64,000 nucleotides of DNA from an uncultured archaeon (GTDB taxonomy: Archaea; Asgardarchaeota; Lokiarchaeia; Sigyniarchaeales; SOKP01): positions 488,242 to 552,241 of the forward strand of contig CAZALK010000001.1 of NCBI GenBank assembly GCA_964486045.1. The letters run 5' to 3'. Under the pieces are notes generated by a model. That model was not told the DNA's origin. It ran no database searches and was given only the letters and a program-made list of their open reading frames with translations. Position 1 is the first letter of the stretch; each line of letters starts with the position of its first letter. The position numbers and the translations under genes are program-made. Positions 19,891 to 28,744 of the stretch are shown piece by piece.

Positions 19891-22379
19891 TTCAAAATGG
19901 TAATAATAGAATTAAACGCCCTAACTTCAAACCGGATCAACATAAAGGATCTAAAAATATCATCTCCCGACTAATATTCGATCCAAATAAACCTTCCTCT
20001 AATAAAAATAAAATTTCTCGGCCAAATTTCATACCTAATGATGAAGCTAAGAATAAAATCATAAAATATACAATTGAATCAACAGGAAAACCTAAAAACA
20101 GAATTAATAGATACCAAATTGACTCGGGTAAAAACCAACAATATAATAATAAAATAAGGAGGATTCCATTCAAGCCAAATGATGAAATTAAAAACAATAC
20201 CGAAAGTACACCCGCCAGACCTAAGCATATCAAAAATAATAGTCAACCAGCAATAATAAAACCAACTACTACACCCCCCCAAATAACCAAAAACAAGATT
20301 ATTAAGACTGAACCCCTCACTCACCCGCAAAAAGAAACCAGGAAAAATATAGTTAAATCCAGATGGGCATTCCTTAACTACGATGCTCAAGGAAACCTAC
20401 TCTCGCGTGAAGTCAAAATGCAAAATGCTGTCAACCACTTCAACCGAGAAATCCTTCCCGAATTAATGAAAGATCCCGCCATCGCTAAAAAAATTAAAAA
20501 ATTACACACAGTCGGTTCAAACGACCTAGTTCGTAAAAATTATAGCGGATTCCTCAACGCCTTGAGCAGAGAACATAAAATTAAATGGAGTGAACTCAAA
20601 TCTACTATAAGTCCTATTAAAATTACCACACATTTAACCATGCTGAAAGGGAAAACCTCGCTCAAGCCTAAACATAAGACTAAATCCAAACCAGATCTTA
20701 ATTATGACTACTTTTCCATGAATTATGATGATAACCTAAATCCGCTTAACCGTGAACAAAAACTTCAAAAGGCAATCACAGTCTACAATCAAAAAATTTT
20801 ACCTGATCTCCAAAATGTTCCAGAAATTAAAGAAAAACTCGAAAATGGAAAGAGTGTAAGCTACCGAGACCTTGAAAATCAAGGGTATGGGAATTTTTAC
20901 GAGGCTTTAAATAGAAATGGCGTGAAGATCAGATGGAACGAATTCAAACAAGAAGCTGGCTATAAAGTTAACATTGATCACGAAAAATACAAGTTTCTTA
21001 ACTACGATCAGAATGGCAATAGAATTAACCCTGAGGAAAAATTAGTCATTGCCCTTGACCACTACAATAATATTATCGTACCAGACTTGATGAAAATCCC
21101 TGAAATCAAACAAAAGATTGAATCTGGATATCCTCCTGCCCTTGATGATTTGATTAAATACGGACATCCGGGATTCATCGCACCCCTCTCTCAAAAAGAA
21201 CCAAAAATCCATTATAACACCTTAATTGAAGCAGCAGGCCTTAAACCAAATGTGGATCACAATAAATATCGATTCTTAAATTACAATGAACAAGATACTC
21301 CTCATTCTTATCAAGACAAAATGGAAATTGCCAAGGAATTCTTCAGTAATATCATTGTCCCAAAGCTGATCGAGAAAGATTTAATTAGACCAGGGGAAAC
21401 TCCAGGTCTCAGGGAAATGGTCAAGGGTGGATTCAGTGGATTTTTTCCTTCTCTCGCCTTTAAAGAACAGAAAATTGATTACAATGATCTAATTCAAGCA
21501 GTAGGTCTCGACCCAAATATTACTCATGGTCGTTGGGATTTCATCAAATATGACCATAACGGAAATATTCTCTCGAAGGAAGAAAAACTCGCCAACGCTG
21601 CTGATTATTTTAACACAATTGTTTACCCCGATTTAATTAACAAGGATGCTGTTAAGCAAGGAGAAGCCCCGACTTCCCTTGATCTACAGGATTATAAGCA
21701 TGAGGATTTTCTCAGTGCCTTGCGTGGTAAAGAACCTAAAGTTTCATTTAACCGTTTAATTGAGCATGCGGGATTCACCCCACATGATTTTAATACTTTA
21801 TCTACAATAGGCACTAATTTTCATTGGACCGCAGAAAAAATTTTTTTGGAACATACCAGAAATCAAAATTGCACTTCTTTCTATGAAGTTAGAGGAAATG
21901 GTGACAATTCAATTGTAGTTGATAAAAATTTTAAAAATTTATCCAATGGTGCGGATCTTCTTGCTCAATTACGTCCAAATATTAAGATTATTAATTTTGA
22001 TTATTTTCTCAGTAACTCAGAAAAAAGTAAAACTGATCATAGCCAAAGAAACTACCAAGGTGAAGAAGTAGCGCTTTGTCTTATCCCTCTAAATGCTAAT
22101 GAACCGCAAGACATAGATCAAGACATTCCTCATAGTAATAATGTTTTAGTTTTAAATCCTAAAGGTTTCGCCGCTTTCCTGGGATATAAAGATGGAATTT
22201 ACGATAAATTTATGGAAAGTGTCCAATTAGCGAGAATAGCCATGTACGATGAGGAGGCAAAAGAGATATTATATGAAATGAGAGTAGAAGCTTATGATGC
22301 CCTAAAAAGCAATGAAAACGATTTAAATTACTCGACAAAAGAATTTAAAAAGTTCCGCGATACACAAAAAGAAACTTAA
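19497..22379 (+). CDS. Low-complexity leader + five ~90-aa helical repeats + C-terminal PD-(D/E)XK-like domain
   Basis: P/K/N/Q-rich N-terminus with KNRI.RP.F.P repeats; five (W/Y)xF(L/I)NYD..G...EK...A...F...I.P.L units; GTNFH..AE...FYE..GD...INFDY C-terminus. Confidence 0.75.
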   Translation: MSFKSKGPKSHPSHSPKAKPEPPKPTPEKDSKPSNQKPNQKPKHKPNQNSKPQPGKIRQDKNQKPKTNPSEKSKNNISPPLLDLNNNAKKIITNLASQPIKEHTTPPTKSPLEPNKESKNRIIRPVFKPNMIQNGNNRIKRPNFKPDQHKGSKNIISRLIFDPNKPSSNKNKISRPNFIPNDEAKNKIIKYTIESTGKPKNRINRYQIDSGKNQQYNNKIRRIPFKPNDEIKNNTESTPARPKHIKNNSQPAIIKPTTTPPQITKNKIIKTEPLTHPQKETRKNIVKSRWAFLNYDAQGNLLSREVKMQNAVNHFNREILPELMKDPAIAKKIKKLHTVGSNDLVRKNYSGFLNALSREHKIKWSELKSTISPIKITTHLTMLKGKTSLKPKHKTKSKPDLNYDYFSMNYDDNLNPLNREQKLQKAITVYNQKILPDLQNVPEIKEKLENGKSVSYRDLENQGYGNFYEALNRNGVKIRWNEFKQEAGYKVNIDHEKYKFLNYDQNGNRINPEEKLVIALDHYNNIIVPDLMKIPEIKQKIESGYPPALDDLIKYGHPGFIAPLSQKEPKIHYNTLIEAAGLKPNVDHNKYRFLNYNEQDTPHSYQDKMEIAKEFFSNIIVPKLIEKDLIRPGETPGLREMVKGGFSGFFPSLAFKEQKIDYNDLIQAVGLDPNITHGRWDFIKYDHNGNILSKEEKLANAADYFNTIVYPDLINKDAVKQGEAPTSLDLQDYKHEDFLSALRGKEPKVSFNRLIEHAGFTPHDFNTLSTIGTNFHWTAEKIFLEHTRNQNCTSFYEVRGNGDNSIVVDKNFKNLSNGADLLAQLRPNIKIINFDYFLSNSEKSKTDHSQRNYQGEEVALCLIPLNANEPQDIDQDIPHSNNVLVLNPKGFAAFLGYKDGIYDKFMESVQLARIAMYDEEAKEILYEMRVEAYDALKSNENDLNYSTKEFKKFRDTQKET

Positions 22380-22561
22380 GATGAGAATAGAATTAATTAT
22401 AAATATGAATTGTTTTACTATTTATTACAAGAACTTATATTTATAACAATTAAAAGAGTTAATTTTAGTAAAAATATAATTTATATCGAACTTAATAATA
22501 TGGTTGTTTATGATGTTTGATCGTAAAGGAAATTATTGGAATTACCAATTAAAGCTAGGAG

Positions 22562-23356
22562 GTGCGAGAAATTCTCCATAATTTTTACTTGATACACCAG
22601 CATATCTCCCCGGAGATTCTCCGTTGAGTGTTAACGGGTATCTGTTTAATACATAGAAATTATGGCACCATCGAATTCAATCAGGATTTAGTGAGTGGCT
22701 TTCTAACCGCCCTTAAGGACTTTAGTGTTGAGTTTTCCAAGGGTAGCGGAGAACTCAAGGTTATAGGTTGTAGATAGATTTTATCTATTAATAAAGACAT
22801 GCAGATATTTTATCTGCTTTTAGTCTTTAAGGAGGGTGTCTTATGTACAGCTGCTGCTGATAAAAATGATGATGCCAAGATTACCCATAAAGCACTAACT
22901 GATATTATTGACAAATTCGTAGGAAAGTTCGGTGATCAGCTTGAGAATTGGTCTGGTGATGTACGTATTTTTCGAGACTTTGAGAGCATAATCGACGATG
23001 TCCTGAAAGTAGGTAAGGTTGCGGAGATCCAGCTAAAGATCCCGATACTCAAAATTTTCAAGAAGGATTTCATCAAGTCGCAGAAGCGCATTGCGAAGAA
23101 GGGGCTGGTGCTTTCGGAGGCGGATTTGCGAGAGGTGAAGGATGTGAAACCGGAGTGGGCTGCCAAGCGCTTACCGAAACAGGTTATAGCGACCGGAATT
23201 TTAGATGCGGTGGAGTTTGATATCGCGCATTTAGCGGACGGATTTCACACGCTTTCGGATATCGCGGAAGAGTCGGGTCACCCAGTGCCAGAGATTCAGA
23301 AGATTATGGACAATTTAGACAAGTTAGAGCTTCTTTCGTTTGTAGAGATAAAGTAA
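22562..23356 (+). CDS. Longin-like domain + C-terminal winged-helix protein, interrupted by two candidate 30-nt BHB introns (22605-22634 and 22767-22796)
   Basis: Spliced frame MREILHNFYLIHQHTGICLIHRNYGTIEFNQDLVSGFLTALKDFSVEFSKGSGELKVIDMQIFYLL... joins ORF 22799-23356. DLVSGFLTAL..F is typical of Asgard longins. The start (GTG 22562, overlapping GGAGG) is uncertain. Confidence 0.75.
22605..22634 (+). other. Candidate mRNA intron 1 (strict BHB)
   Basis: Central helix AGCA(22599-602)/UGUU(22629-32); bulges UA|U and AA|C; inner stems CUC/GAG and CGGAG/CUCCG; outer CC/GG and GAUAC/GUAUC; in-frame TGA at 22625-27. Confidence 0.75.
22767..22796 (+). other. Candidate mRNA intron 2 (relaxed BHB)
   Basis: Central helix UUAU(22761-64)/AUAA(22791-94); bulges AG|G and AG|A; inner stem GUAGAUA/UAUCUAU; in-frame TAG at 22775-77; ligation gives GTT ATA GAC ATG (VIDM). 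Confidence 0.7.
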
Positions 23357-23406
23357 TTTTATTCTTTCTTTTTATATTAGACCATTTCTATAATGAAGAG
23401 TTTAGC

Positions 23407-23560
23407 CTATTCTTGAAAAATAATATCTTCAATTCGCTTCAAAAGCTGTTTTCCAAGCTTGGTGGGATAGACTTGTTTGAGCCATGTTGAGGTACGCCTC
23501 AATAGATTATCTCTTTCCTAGTGATTTAAGCGCTTTATTCATTAGCAGGCATACCACTCC
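23407..23560 (-). pseudogene. Degraded winged-helix (MarR-like) remnant
   Basis: MNKALKSL followed, after a 1-nt frameshift, by ERDNLLRRTSTWLKQVYPTKLGKQLLKRIEDIIFQE-stop. Confidence 0.35.
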
Positions 23561-23812
23561 TTTTAATTTTTTTAAATAATCCTGAGATATCTCCAATTTC
23601 TTTTTTTTTATTTTTTTAAATCTTTATATTTTATCTCTTTTCAAATCACAGCATATATACCAACCTAAATAATTATGAAGCATTAAGAGTAAAAGTAAAA
23701 AAAAATATCATAAAACAAGATGAAAAGTAAGATTAAAGTATATAATAAATTTTATGACGTTATAGAATTAAATGAATAAATTTTTGAAAACTAACTGATT
23801 TATAACGATAAG

Positions 23813-25285
23813 ATGAATGTTAATAAAGTTGAGGAGAATATTTATGAGATTCCTCCAAAAACATTGATGACCCGGATTCAAGGCAATATAGAGAAATTCC
23901 AAATGAACGTTCCTGTTAGAATTTATGCTAATAGCTATATATTAGAAAAAATCAAGGGAGATCGTACATTAGATCAAATAAGTAATGTTGCATGCTTACC
24001 AGGGGTACAAAAACACGTTATTGCATTATCCGATGCACATCAAGGATATGGTTTCTGTATTGGTGGAGTTGCTGGAACTGAAGCTGAGACAGGAATGATT
24101 TCTCCAGGAGGAGTTGGTTATGATATAAACTGCGGTGTGAGATTATTAAGGACAAATTTATTTCTCACCGATATTAAAAGTCTTTTACCTGAATTATTAG
24201 AGAATATTTATAGAAGTATCCCTTCTGGATTAGGGTCAAAAGGTAAATTAAATATTAGTTATTCTGACTTAGATAATGTTTTAAATAATGGAGTGAAATG
24301 GGCATTAGATAAGGGGTATGCTATTGATAAGGATGTTGACCATCTAGAGGAAAACGGGTGTCTAAAAAATGCGGATGCCACCTTAGTTTCACAGAAGGCA
24401 AAACAAAGAGGCATTAAGCAACTTGGTTCTTTAGGAAGCGGGAATCATTTTCTTGAAATACAAAGAGTAGATCAAATTTACAATAAAGCTATTGCGAAAA
24501 AATTAGGAATTTTCGAGAAAAACCAGATTAATATAATGGTTCATACGGGAAGTAGAGCATTAGGTCATCAAGTTTGTACAGATAGCCTGCGTACTATTGA
24601 AAAGGCGATGAAAACATATAAAATTAAAGTACCTGATAGGGAACTAGCCTGTGTACCAGCAGATACACCTGAAGCAGAAAATTACCTACAACAGATGGCA
24701 TGTGCTGCTAATTTTGGTTTTACAAATCGTCAGTTGATAACTCATTGGTTGAGAGAATCTTTTCAAAATGCATTTAATAAAGACATCGATGCATTAGATA
24801 TGCATATGATTTATGGTGTATGCCATAACATTCTAAAAATAGAAGAACATGATGTGAATGGAAAAAGAATGAATTTAAACATCCATCGTAAAGGTGCAAC
24901 AAGAGCTTTCCCTCCAGGACACCCTGATATACCTCAAGATTATAAAGACATTGGTCAACCTGTCTTGATTCCTGGAACCATGGGATCGGGTTCATACTTA
25001 TGTGTTGGTAAACCAAGGGCAATGGAGCTTTCTTTCGGATCAACCGCTCATGGCTCAGGTCGTTTAATGTCTCGATCGAAAGCCGTTAAACAATATTGGG
25101 GTGCTAAAGTAAAAGAGGATCTGGGAAAGAAAGGAATTTTAGTAAAAAGCGCTTCATTGAAGGTCCTCGCAGAAGAAAGCCCAGGTGCTTATAAAGATAT
25201 TGATCAAGTTGTTCAAGTTAGTCATAATCTTGGAATAGTTGAAAAAATCGTAAGATTTGTACCGGTAGGGGTTGTTAAAGGATAA
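23813..25285 (+). CDS. rtcB: tRNA-splicing RNA ligase RtcB
   Basis: DAHQGYGF, GVGYDINCG, LGSGNHFLE, HTGSR, HRKGAT, HGSGR, EESPGAYK. Confidence 0.97.
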   Translation: MNVNKVEENIYEIPPKTLMTRIQGNIEKFQMNVPVRIYANSYILEKIKGDRTLDQISNVACLPGVQKHVIALSDAHQGYGFCIGGVAGTEAETGMISPGGVGYDINCGVRLLRTNLFLTDIKSLLPELLENIYRSIPSGLGSKGKLNISYSDLDNVLNNGVKWALDKGYAIDKDVDHLEENGCLKNADATLVSQKAKQRGIKQLGSLGSGNHFLEIQRVDQIYNKAIAKKLGIFEKNQINIMVHTGSRALGHQVCTDSLRTIEKAMKTYKIKVPDRELACVPADTPEAENYLQQMACAANFGFTNRQLITHWLRESFQNAFNKDIDALDMHMIYGVCHNILKIEEHDVNGKRMNLNIHRKGATRAFPPGHPDIPQDYKDIGQPVLIPGTMGSGSYLCVGKPRAMELSFGSTAHGSGRLMSRSKAVKQYWGAKVKEDLGKKGILVKSASLKVLAEESPGAYKDIDQVVQVSHNLGIVEKIVRFVPVGVVKG

Positions 25286-25300
25286 TAATCAAAAAAAATA

Positions 25301-25738
25301 TTAAATATCAAAGACAATTCTAATCTCGACCTTGTCCTTTTTTTCTTCAATATTCATGAAAGAATAAGTAATTGCTTTAACTTCTGTCCCAATTTCATGT
25401 TTATTTCTATCAAATTGTTCTCCTTTCGCTATTGCAAATAATTTAAAATTTTCTTCAATCTTCAGTATTGATTTAACAGATACATAACTAAAAACTAAAT
25501 CTTCTACATCAAATATAAAGAGAAATTCAGATAGGAAGTCAAAGCATAGTGCATATTTATCTTCGGAGATAATTTCAATCTTTTTCTCGATTTTAGGCAT
25601 AACTTTTTTCAAGTTAGGAGTAATAGTAGTCATTAAGCTTAAAGCTGTTTGAGAAAACGCGTCTTCTAGGTTTTTTCCCCAACTTTTGACACTTACATCA
25701 GCAGTGTGGTCCATAAACTCAAATCCGGAGCCATTCAT
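25301..25738 (-). CDS. Archease (RtcB cofactor)
   Basis: DHTADV, EVKAITY, terminal VFDI. Confidence 0.95.
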   Translation of the reverse strand: MNGSGFEFMDHTADVSVKSWGKNLEDAFSQTALSLMTTITPNLKKVMPKIEKKIEIISEDKYALCFDFLSEFLFIFDVEDLVFSYVSVKSILKIEENFKLFAIAKGEQFDRNKHEIGTEVKAITYSFMNIEEKKDKVEIRIVFDI

Positions 25739-25834
25739 CTTTGTGCTTGTTAATTTCTAAAATCGATTATTAAAATATTGGCTTAATGATTAAATTTCTT
25801 TGTACTTTAAATTTTTTCGTTAAGAAATTGTAAC

Positions 25835-26338
25835 ATGGGTTTTTACACTATCTTAGATGATTTATATTTTTATCAAATGTTATCATTTGTGAGAAAATAT
25901 TCTAATTTTGAACTTAAGTTGGGTAAGTATTTCTATAATAAAACAAAAGGAATATGTCCAGAATTTATAATTGTAATTGAAAAATTTATCTTTTTTTTTG
26001 TAAAAAATGAGAGCTATTTCATTTCTAAAATTTATTTAGACTCTATGAGAAGGGAAATTAAACCTAAAAAAGTCTAAATATTTAGAGTTGAGAATGTTTT
26101 TATAAATCTCCTGTTCAGCTTTTTTCCGGATCTGTATATCCATGATATAAAAATAGAAAAAGATAAGTCCTCAGGGATAAGAGAAATTTCAATGTATTTT
26201 TTAACTTATAAAGACAGGGGTATCGCCATTGGGAGAAAAGGAGAATATATTAAAAGTTTAAACGAGTTATGTCGAAAATTCTTAGTTCTTGAAAATAGAA
26301 TAACCCCTCTTGAAATTAAATGTAAAACGGTAGAATAA
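25835..26338 (+). pseudogene. Divergent NusA-like KH protein with an in-frame TAA at 26075-26077
   Basis: The frame continues past the TAA: IFRVENVFINLLFSFFPD...DRGIAIGRKGEYIK (KH GxxG) to TAA at 26336-38. Confidence 0.7.
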
Positions 26339-26343
26339 TAATT

Positions 26344-27114
26344 TTAGTAGGGTACAGACTTCAATCCTACTAAGAAAGCCACAATATTTGCGATTAAACT
26401 TACGGCAGGTGTAAGTAATATCAAGAAAATGAGAATGTAAATGTCTGGTAATAAAAATAATTCCGGAGAGATAAATCCAGGAATAGATACAAAAAGAATT
26501 GCTAATAAAGCATAATCTAACTGGTCTACAATCCAAAATGGTGCACCACTCTTAATATCGAATCTTCTTTTAAGAAAAGAGCCTACTAAATCACCAAATA
26601 CAGCCCCATATGATGCAAGAATAATTCTTATTAGTAACACTAAAAAATTTAATGGGATATCACCGCCAATAAAGTAATATTGAAATATATTTGTATCATT
26701 GTACAGAATGTATTGTCCTTCTGCTGAAGCTTGGATTATAATATCTTCAATTGGCTGCCAAAGAATGAAAAAAAGTAGAAAAATAATGAAGGAAATAGGT
26801 ATGCCAATATATAATGGCCCTTTTAAACCTTTAACTGTTTTATGATCTCCCAATATTCTTCTTCCATCTCTAAAAAGTTTCCCTCCATCAATTGGGCGTC
26901 CCCCACCAGTGATAACCATTGAGGCGTTTGAAATATAGGCTGGAACAAAAAGTAGAAGTGAGAAAATTAATAAACTAACCCAATCTGCCCATGAAAAAAT
27001 AATTGAAATAACTATGAAATTTATAAAAATTAAGAAGATGAAAAACAAAGCTAGAAATATCGCGATTTTTTTATTTCTTTTTTCCATTTCGTTTAATTTT
27101 TCGTCTGCTAGCAA
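26344..27114 (-). CDS. carS: CDP-archaeol synthase
   Basis: PAYISN, RPIDGG..DGRRILGDHKT, GDLVGSFLKRR, VDQLDY; multiple transmembrane helices. Confidence 0.92.
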   Translation of the reverse strand: MLADEKLNEMEKRNKKIAIFLALFFIFLIFINFIVISIIFSWADWVSLLIFSLLLFVPAYISNASMVITGGGRPIDGGKLFRDGRRILGDHKTVKGLKGPLYIGIPISFIIFLLFFILWQPIEDIIIQASAEGQYILYNDTNIFQYYFIGGDIPLNFLVLLIRIILASYGAVFGDLVGSFLKRRFDIKSGAPFWIVDQLDYALLAILFVSIPGFISPELFLLPDIYILIFLILLTPAVSLIANIVAFLVGLKSVPY

Positions 27115-27351
27115 GTTTCCTTATCTCTAGTTAGTGAATATTATTGTAAAATTAGATAATTAAACCAATTATTGATTAAATTAAATTATTTGCAATAATG
27201 TTTCTATCAATAAGATCTTAATATATATTGCTTGATAAATAATATTCTTTTAAAGTAGCGACATTAATAAAGTAACGTACTGAAAATATTACTCAAAATT
27301 AGATATTAAACCTTTAACATCTTTTTATTAAATTAAAGATTAATAAATAAT

Positions 27352-27402
27352 TTTATAAATACAGTAGAAATATATTTTGTAGTATAATATTTCGAGTGGA
27401 AA
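27352..27402 (+). promoter_or_regulatory. TATA box plus two mini-ORB-like elements upstream of cdc6 (candidate origin or autoregulatory site)
   Basis: TTTATAAA at about 27352; ATACAGTAGAAA (27359-70) and TTCGAGTGGAAA (27391-402) resemble the TTCCAGTGGAAA ORB core. Confidence 0.4.
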
Positions 27403-27424
27403 TTATTCTTTGAAAAGCTAGTCG

Positions 27425-28744
27425 ATGGTGTTATGGTTGTTGAAAAATGAAAATAATAATTACAAATTTAGTATTGAGAAATTTTACAAGAATTACCTCA
27501 AAGGACCGAAGATTTTCAATAATCGAGATGCTTTAGAACCCTCTTATATCCCACATGAATTACCTCATCGAGATGTTCAAATTAAAGACATTGCTGAAAA
27601 AACTGCTTGCGCTTTACTTGGCGACGCTCCTCCAAGCTTTTTATGTTATGGTCAGACGGGAACCGGTAAAACTGCAACTATTAGATATATAAGCCAAAAA
27701 TTAGGGCAACAAAACACGGAGATTAAACCCTGGTGGATATATATCAACTGTAATGTTGTTGCCACACCATATCGCATTTTAGCACATATATACAATACTA
27801 TCTCAAGAGAAGAGAAAATCCCACCAACAGGTCTTCCCAAAGATGTAATCTTTAAGAAATTATTGGGTTTATTAGATTCCAAAGTGAAGAATTCAATTTG
27901 TTTCTTGGTATTAGATGAGATAGATATTTTAATAGAGAAAAAAGGAGGAAACGAAATACTCTATGACTTAACAAGATTGAATGAAAACTTGGATGAGTGT
28001 AAAACTAGCTTAATAGGTATTTCGAATAAATTGAAGTTTAAAAGAAGCTTAGATCCGAGAATTTTATCCAGTTTAGGAGAGGAATATATAGTATTTCCCT
28101 CCTATGATGCAAGTGAACTTAGAGATATCCTTAACAAAAGAGCAAAAATAGCTTTTCACGAAAACGTTTTAAAAGAGGATATAATACCTTTATGTGCAGC
28201 TATCGCTGCTAAAGAGCATGGGGATGCTAGAAAAGCATTACAATTGTTAAGAAAAGCAGGAGAATTAGCTGAAAGAGCTCAAAGTAAAAGTGTAAACTCT
28301 AAATATGTTGAAAGAGCTCAAGATGATTTAGAAAAAGATCATATTATGGAATATATTAAAGGTATGCCACTTCAAGCTCAACTAGTTCTAACAGCTGTAT
28401 TTTTAATTTCCAAATTTAGTCGAGATCATATAATAATTTCAGGTGATATTTATGAGGTACATTCTGAAATAAAAAGTTTTATCCCAGGTTTAAGACAGTT
28501 AACTAAACGAAGAATTAGCGATTACATAAATGAACTTGCTTTATCTGGTATAATTTCTGCTGTAGTTAAATCAATGGGTCATTATGGAAGAACTAAAATC
28601 ATTAAATTAGACATTGGATTAGATATAATTGAAAAGGTCCTTTCCGAAATTGATAAAATTCAGGCAATATTAAATCATAAACCAACCTTATTACAAACAG
28701 ATAAAGTTAAATTAAAAAATAATATATTTAAAAAGTTAATCTAA
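27425..28744 (+). CDS. cdc6: Orc1/Cdc6 replication initiator
   Basis: GQTGTGKT, YINC, VLDEID, LDPRILS, HGDARKAL; C-terminal winged helix with G.YGRT. Confidence 0.95.
   Translation: MVLWLLKNENNNYKFSIEKFYKNYLKGPKIFNNRDALEPSYIPHELPHRDVQIKDIAEKTACALLGDAPPSFLCYGQTGTGKTATIRYISQKLGQQNTEIKPWWIYINCNVVATPYRILAHIYNTISREEKIPPTGLPKDVIFKKLLGLLDSKVKNSICFLVLDEIDILIEKKGGNEILYDLTRLNENLDECKTSLIGISNKLKFKRSLDPRILSSLGEEYIVFPSYDASELRDILNKRAKIAFHENVLKEDIIPLCAAIAAKEHGDARKALQLLRKAGELAERAQSKSVNSKYVERAQDDLEKDHIMEYIKGMPLQAQLVLTAVFLISKFSRDHIIISGDIYEVHSEIKSFIPGLRQLTKRRISDYINELALSGIISAVVKSMGHYGRTKIIKLDIGLDIIEKVLSEIDKIQAILNHKPTLLQTDKVKLKNNIFKKLI

Noticed and set aside
19850-20190. CRISPR-like array suggested by recurring AAAAACAGAAT-type units
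   Set aside because: These are degenerate coding repeats (KNRI.RP.F) within an ORF, with no identical repeats, unique spacers or cas genes.
22625-22777. Sec/Pyl readthrough or simple pseudogenisation to explain the two longin stops
   Set aside because: Both stops lie within hairpin inserts whose BHB-defined removal restores a compact longin-like sequence. Two independent exact fits are unlikely by chance, although splicing itself is unproven.
16330-23700. Defined integrated element with att sites or terminal inverted repeats
   Set aside because: No integrase or transposase, tRNA-derived att duplication or terminal repeats were found by eye.
26060-26100. BHB intron around the NusA-like TAA
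   Set aside because: A hairpin is present but no 4-bp central helix can be formed, and the protein reads naturally without a deletion.
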